From positions 23,808,001 through 23,872,000 of the forward strand of contig CM120646.1 in NCBI GenBank assembly GCA_051362555.1: a DNA stretch of 64,000 nt, read 5' to 3'. The stretch comes from Lingula anatina (Eukaryota > Animalia > Brachiopoda). Positions 57,500-64,000 of the stretch are shown one piece after another; position 1 is the first letter of the stretch, and every line of letters begins with the position of its first letter. The notes under the pieces are model-generated. The model had not been told where the DNA came from. It did not search any database and saw only the letters and a list, made by a program, of their open reading frames with translations. The translations under genes were made by a program, and so were the position numbers.

Positions 57500-57675
57500 T
57501 TAAAAGAGTGAAAACTCCCTGTTGGTAAGGCTCATTTCATTTACAAATCTGAAAGAAAAAAATAAGAAATGTCCTTATACAAATTCTGTGTGGAATTTTT
57601 TCTTCTTGTATGAGTAATTATGAGCATTTTAGTCATCAGGCAAAATGACAATGCTGATTAAAAAAAAAAAAAAAG

Positions 57676-57773
<98 letters not shown>

Positions 57774-58908
57774 TCAAAATCATGTGAACTATGTTTCAGT
57801 CTTTATTTAAATGACCCTGTTTATGACTTGCATGCTTGAATAAACTGACTTCTTTTCTCTTTGCAAGAATATGAACTCGTTTTCACACAGTCGTGCTATC
57901 AGCTAAATGATAGCTACTATGACCAGAATTACAGATAATACCTGCACAGGCAGTCAAGACATTCCCTACCTTGTCATTTCACTGTTTACAAACACGTGTC
58001 TCTTCACGTGTGTCCACGGCTCCTTCTGCTTCAGGGGAGCGTCCTTATTCCACCAGCCATAGTCGTGAGATGTGATTGTCTTATCTCTGTATATAGCCAG
58101 TGGACCTGTCATATGAAATATAAGGTAACATTAATAAACTGTTGGGGTTTTTACCTGTACACAGCAATATCGTCCATTATCCCAAATTTGCAATATTTGA
58201 CTGAGAATAGCACTGCATGGATACTAACATACATTTTGTATTACTACTGACATGGTATTATAACGGGCATTGGTTTCTAGTGATCTCTAAAATTCAGGGC
58301 ACAAAACACATACACGTATACCTATACCCTTAGCCAACTATCTCCACATCTAGGTAACACTGCATGTAATGTTACTCGTTATAATGCATTGATCTCTGCC
58401 TTGCATTTGTCCTTTAGTAAGGTGAATTAAGATGAACTACTTGAACTAGTACATTCATTCGGATATAATCCAAATAATAAGAACATATTTCCAGATTCAT
58501 TCTGTGAAACATGTCTATGGACAACATGAAATACTGTGTCATTTTCAGAAGGTCAAAGGACACCATGCATTGTAACTAATAACAATAACATTCATGTATA
58601 GGCCCCTACTGGGTACGGTATATATATAGGCTAGCTTTACACTTAGCCCTCATTGAAAACAAATTACCTTTAGGGTTTCTGATATGTTTCGTCCTCTGCC
58701 TGGTGTATTCCACGTACGATCCCTGGGGTCCCGCGCCGTATGCAGACACCTGGTTAATTGGGATGATGGAGGGTCGGGGAAGCTTTTCTCGGTCTACGAT
58801 TGGAGGGAGTTTGTCCATAGGATCGTACTGCGGGTTAAACGTGGGGTTGACCACCTTTTCCCTTATAGTATCCTGGTAACCCATCTCTGTTAGACCAAAG
58901 AATGCCAT
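57500..58908 (-). CDS. TEX49: TEX49 / sperm microtubule inner protein 11 homologue, 141 aa. Exons 58668-58908, 57970-58105, 57500-57548
   Basis: Spliced protein [74 protein letters not shown]. It matches recalled TEX49 hallmarks (MAFF..LGYQ, LPPI, WW, PW, MTRF..FSL). Phases are consistent (241+136+49=426 nt). Confidence 0.85.
57678..57772. repeat. (AT)n microsatellite in TEX49 intron 2
   Basis: Read directly. Confidence 0.95.
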
Positions 58909-59168
58909 GGTTGCTTTCTTGGTGGAGAAACAGACGGTGGGATGTTAAAATGCTGCAGGTTTTGTGAGGAACCCTGTACCCTGTAGCGTGGAGCTTGCAG
59001 GTTGCTATGCACTCTCTGTTGCTATCTCGTTCTCGTTCTCGCCGCGAGACTTGTCAACCATCTTGGACTACTGCAGCGTGAAAGTTTTGTGTACCACTTG
59101 GAAATCTTGTACAATCGTATATATTTATTTATCATCGAGGCTCAAGCAGTGACGTTTAAAAAGCCAAG
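58909..59168. promoter_or_regulatory. Bidirectional promoter shared by TEX49 and CCT5
   Basis: Divergent ATGs separated by 260 bp, CpG-rich. RFX half-site-like GTTGCTATG at 59001 and GTTGCTAT at 59018; TCTCGCCGCGAGA resembles the TCTCGCGAGA housekeeping palindrome. Confidence 0.7.
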
Positions 59169-62100
59169 ATGTCGATGGGGTCTCTCGCCTTCGATGAATT
59201 TGGAAGACCGTTTCTGATTTTGAAAGATCAGGACAAGAAATCACGGCTTCATGGCATTGAAGCTCACAAGGTACCATAATAATGACAGTCACAGTGGTAA
59301 ACTGAAGGGGGGGCATAGGGTCTTCAGCCTTGTAAGTTATTATTTTTTTGCATGTCTTACTCCCTGCAAATTATTTTCTATGTCGATCTTTTGTAAATTT
59401 TTCAACTGTGATGCTTCTAGATCTGTAAAATTACCCAGTTAATGTAAGTGTCAGTGTGTCGGTGTCACTGGGTTGCTTTCAATCTCAGCCTGCCTTTGGC
59501 AAATTTCAAACTTGAGGAAGTCAGAGTTAATCAGAATATTTGTGAGCTGCCGACATCTTTCACGGGGTAGCACATACAGTACATACATACATAAATAGGT
59601 GTGCTAATGCATTAATCTTCATGCTGGCCTCTCATGAAATACCCACGTAGTGGCAGATTCCGCCCCCCCCCCTCCACCACTGAAGTGTTTCCTTCAACAT
59701 CTCCGCTTTCAGTGCACTGCCTTTCTTTTCTTTACAGTCCATTTCTAATTCCTGAGAGCATGAAATCTTGGATGCGATTTCCCCATTCGTAATCAGTATT
59801 ACATGATTATTATCTCACAATGTTATTGTTATATATGTTAACTCAGTGAATATATTTTCCTTATACCTCAGTCTCACATCATGGCAGCCAAGACAGTGGC
59901 CAGCACACTGCGGACCTCCCTGGGGCCCAAGGGACTGGACAAGATGATGGTCAGTTCAGATGGTGAAGTGACCATCTCTAATGATGGGGCAACCATCCTC
60001 AGCATGATGGATGTTGACCACCAGATCGCCAAGCTGATGGTTCAGCTGTCCAAGTCCCAGGATGATGAGATAGGAGACGGCACCACGGGTGTTGTGGGTA
60101 GGTCGTCACTTACCAATGCTTTGCAAACTGAAATAAGTTGGCTCCAAAACTGGTGGTGTGAATTAAATGAGTGTTTAAGGAAGTGAAAATCAGTAGTATT
60201 TATATAGAATGGGAAAGGAGGTTTAATGGTAAATAGAGAGTAGCATGGATTCTTCACAATACCTTGTTTTAGTATGAATGAAGGCTGAAATTATGTTAAA
60301 CATTTCAAAAGATCCTGCTATATGTCACACTGGCTATCATATACCTGTACTTCCAGTGATGGCAGGTGCCCTTCTAGAGCAGGCTGAGCAGCTGTTAGAC
60401 AGAGGAATCCATCCAATCAGAATAGCTGACGGCTACGAGATGGCTGCCCAGGTCGCCATTGGTCACTTGGATAAAATTTGTGATCAGTTTCCACTGGACC
60501 AGTCTCACAGAGAGAGGCTGATAGAGACAGCTATGACTACACTGGGATCCAAGATGTAAGAATGGGACCTGGTTGTTGTGTTTTTAAGATTTCATATGTA
60601 GTTGACCAAGCATGATGAATTTAAATTAATATTTTGCTTGTTTCTGTTCAGAATATTTGGCTGTCAAAATCTTTTTTATTGGTAAAAGAGGGAAAAAGTC
60701 ATGGTCATAATTGTAGCTCAGTTCTCTATACTTCAAGTCCAAACAAAAACTTGTTGTGAAAGGAGCCTTAGAGATATTTGGAGTGTTGTCAGTATTTTAG
60801 ATCTATACAAAATAAGTACATATTGTTATATTGGCAACTATAAAAAGTACATATCATAATGATAAGATGATACTTCCAGAGTGAACCGCTGTCACAGACA
60901 GTTTGCTGAGATCGCTGTGGATGCAGTGCTCTCCGTGGCCGACCTGGAAAGGAAGGATGTGGACTTTGAGCTGATTAAGATGGAGGGTAAAGTAGGTGGC
61001 AAACTGGAGGACACTATGCTGGTCAAGGGGGTGGTCATTGACAAGGACATGAGTCACCCACAGATGCCCAAGGTAGCACCCTTCCCCTCCCCTTAGACCC
61101 CCCTTCCCTCCCTCCCTCTCTCTCTCTCTCCCTCCCTCCCTCTCTCTCTCTCTCTCTCATAAAACATGTAAATCAAGGCTTTGAATCAAAGGACAGAAGA
61201 AAGCTCAGACTTAAGAAAGAGAGATTATTGCACTGTCAATTGGAGATAAAAGTCGAATTTCTTTCTTGCTCTGACATTTTAATGAATATCTTCAATTTAA
61301 TAATTTTATGCATTTTGTTTTCCATTCAAAGAGAATCAAAGACGCCAAGATAGCCATTTTGACCTGTCCATTTGAGCCTCCAAAGCCAAAGACCAAACAC
61401 AAGTTGGATGTGACATCAGTTGATGATTATAAAAAACTGCGAGTGTATGAGACAGAGAAGTTTGATGAAATGGTCAAACAGGTCAGTGGCTTGTTCTTTG
61501 TCCAAAGGGAAAAAAATAACAAATGAGGAATTTTAGGTGAAGATCTGTTAGCACGATCCCATGGAAAAATTCTGTGGCTCCCTTATTACTATTACTACTA
61601 TTTATTACTATTACTAATTGCTATTTATTATCCAGCTGAAAGACACTGGAGCCGAACACTAATTACTATTTCTTATCCAGGTTAAAGACACTGGGGCCAA
61701 TCTTGTCATCTGTCAGTGGGGATTTGATGACGAGGCCAATCATTTATTACTGCAGAGACAACTGCCTGCTGTACGGTGGGTAGGAGGACCTGAGATAGAG
61801 GTTGGTATATAAGAGACACTTTGTTTCCTCCCTATGTAGATGCTGTTAGGGAAAATACTTGATAATTTGTTTAAATCTGGTTTGAAATTTTGATGACACG
61901 TTTTCTTGTTACCTTATTTTGTCTGACATGAATTTTATAGTGAACTTTATTAAATTGTGTGTATTTCAGCTTATTGCTATAGCAACAGGCGGTAGAATAG
62001 TGCCTCGTTTCCAAGAGCTGACGGCAGACAAGCTGGGCAAGGCTGGCATAGTACGGGAACTCACCTTTGGCACAACCAAAGACAGAATGTTAGTTATAGA

Positions 62101-63472
62101 AGAATGTCACAACTCTAGAGCTGTTACCATATTTATTAGAGCAGGAAATAGAATGGTAGGTGTATGATTCACATTTGGTAGATTGATGAAGATAATTTTT
62201 AGTGACTTAGAGATAAAAAGTGTGTACTGTACTTGGGTAGTTAGTGAGACAACTCAAAAGAAGCTTATTCTGCTTTGCAAAAGGTTAAGCCATTTGACTC
62301 TGAGTTAGTATCTGCTAAGATTTATTTCCAAATGAAAGATGTCTCCCATGTATCCATAGGTATGAAAAGTACTGGGCATGATCAACAGTTCAATTTGTTA
62401 ACTTCATGTCTCTAAGTGTTGTTGCTGCCAATATTTATCAACAAGAAAGTGAAGATCTTAGTGAGGTTATGATGTGGACTTTTTTGTCCATTTTTCAGAT
62501 AATAGAAGAAGCCAAGCGTAGTCTGCACGATGCATTGTGTGTAGTCAGGAACCTAGTCAAAGACCACAGGATAGTATATGGGGGCGGGGCCGCTGAGATT
62601 GCCATGTCCCTAGCTGTCAGTCAAGAGGCAGAAAAGGTAAGTGAACAGGATAGTATCAGTCAAGAGACAGACAAGGTGAGGGATTGTAAGAAATCCATAT
62701 TGGATCTGTATATGCACTTGTGTATTAAGAAGCTTTTGTGAACATTTTACTCGGTGTCAGATTTCAGTCCAATAAATTGTGTTACTGGGTTATTTTCAAC
62801 TAGAAAAAGTGTGATCTTAGTCTTGGAGCTGCGGGTTGTAATGTGATGACTAGATCTCTGGAGCTTTAGAAATATTCTTTGTACTCCCACTACAAAATGA
62901 ATATAATAACAGATCTTAATGCTACTTTTCTATGAGGCTTAAGATATTAGTATTATATGTATTATTCCAGATCTCCACTCTAGAACAGTATGCTATGAGA
63001 GCGTTTGCAGATGCTCTAGACTCTGTTCCCCTAGCCCTGGCAGAGAACAGCGGCCAGGCTCCCATACAGACGGTAGCTGAGATCAAATCGAGGCAGGTGA
63101 CGGAGAAGAACCCCAGGTTGGGTATTGACTGTATGAATAAAGGATCTAATGGTGAGTGATATGGACCTGTTATAATTAGTGTGGTACACTTAGCTGTATT
63201 CAAACTGTTGGAGATATTGTCAGTTCATAGTGTGACTATTACATAAGACTGTGCCCTATATGGAAGCCCCTCTCTTGGTCTGAACAATGAAAAGCGAGTA
63301 TTGAAGGGGAGTAAATTCCCCCCTCCCAATTAATTACATATATAGGTTGCTTTTTCACCTTCTTTGACTGATATTATTCCCTGTCTTAAATATAGACACT
63401 TAGTAATGGAGGCTGTATGTACTAACAGGTAACATGTATGTGCACAGAAGATGTTCAGTGTATGTAGCAGTT

Positions 63473-63517
<45 letters not shown>

Positions 63518-63665
63518 GTGTTTGTCTTGTTTAGACATGCGAGAGCAACACGTCATTGAGACCCTGAGTTCCAAGCGTGCACAGATCATGTTGGCAGTCC
63601 AGCTTACCAAGATGATACTCAAGATAGACGACATTAGATCTAGTTCAGAAAATGTAAGTCTGTGA
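59169..63665 (+). CDS. CCT5: T-complex protein 1 subunit epsilon, 541 aa. Exons 59169-59270, 59872-60097, 60357-60555, 60880-61072, 61332-61481, 61681-61800, 61970-62155, 62499-62636, 62971-63151, 63535-63665
   Basis: [66 protein letters not shown] and MILKIDDIR are CCT-epsilon signatures. All junctions are GT-AG and in phase; total 1626 nt. Confidence 0.97.
63475..63516. repeat. (AAT)n microsatellite just upstream of the last CCT5 acceptor
   Basis: Read directly. Confidence 0.95.
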
Positions 63666-64000
63666 CGCAGAAAATCTGTGAGGTTTTTTTTAAAAGGACC
63701 CTTGGAGAGATTTACTTGTGGGAAAAAGGGAATAAAAAAATTTTCTTGGAGAGATCAGTGGTACTTTTTTTGCCTTTACTAGTTCAAGTTACATACTTGG
63801 AAATACACTTGATATTTGTGATTTGAGATTTTTTTTCCTGAGCCTGAAGGTTGACATATATTTTTACGTCTCCAATTTGTTTAGAAGTGGTCCTTTTCCA
63901 AGGGTATTAGTTTTCATTATTCTGAATTGGAAATAAAGCATTTCAGTCTTATAGATATAACCACCATCTGTATATCAAAGAAAAAAGGATGAAAGATGAC

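Noticed and set aside
60600-63400. Possible intronic C/D snoRNAs in CCT5 (TGATGA at about 60612, 61891, 62185, 62845)
   Set aside because: D boxes are absent, too close or lack a proper terminal stem, and no rRNA-complementary guide was recognised. An Infernal/snoscan search would be needed.
63654-63665. GTAAGT donor near the CCT5 C-terminus implying an extra terminal exon
   Set aside because: Reading through to TGA at 63665 gives a normal-length 541-aa protein and no convincing downstream exon was found. It cannot be fully excluded.

Overview
Intron-rich, AT-rich animal genomic DNA with GT-AG spliced genes and no prokaryotic features. It is most likely a marine invertebrate such as a lophotrochozoan (inference). 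Five protein-coding genes are supported: (1) POLR2H/RPB8 on the minus strand, 3 exons seen, with introns of 7-9 kb and the last exon outside the window; (2) an unannotated 5-exon type I membrane protein with a single Ig domain (+); (3) a FMRFamide-receptor-like class A GPCR with an intronless CDS (-); (4) TEX49/SPMIP11 (-), head-to-head with (5) a complete 10-exon CCT5 (+). Mobile DNA includes a 3.6-kb non-autonomous Helentron/HINE-type element with a 146-bp tandem array, a nested IS3EU-like MITE and a duplicated 5' end; a 3.8-kb element with 64-bp TIRs just upstream of POLR2H; several small MITEs; and a 5'-truncated LINE. The most unusual observation is two same-strand TATA+Inr promoters with first exons inside POLR2H introns, one encoding a signal peptide, which suggests a nested or interleaved gene. 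CCT5 also carries tandemly duplicated splice sites. All coordinates were read by eye and no searches were run.
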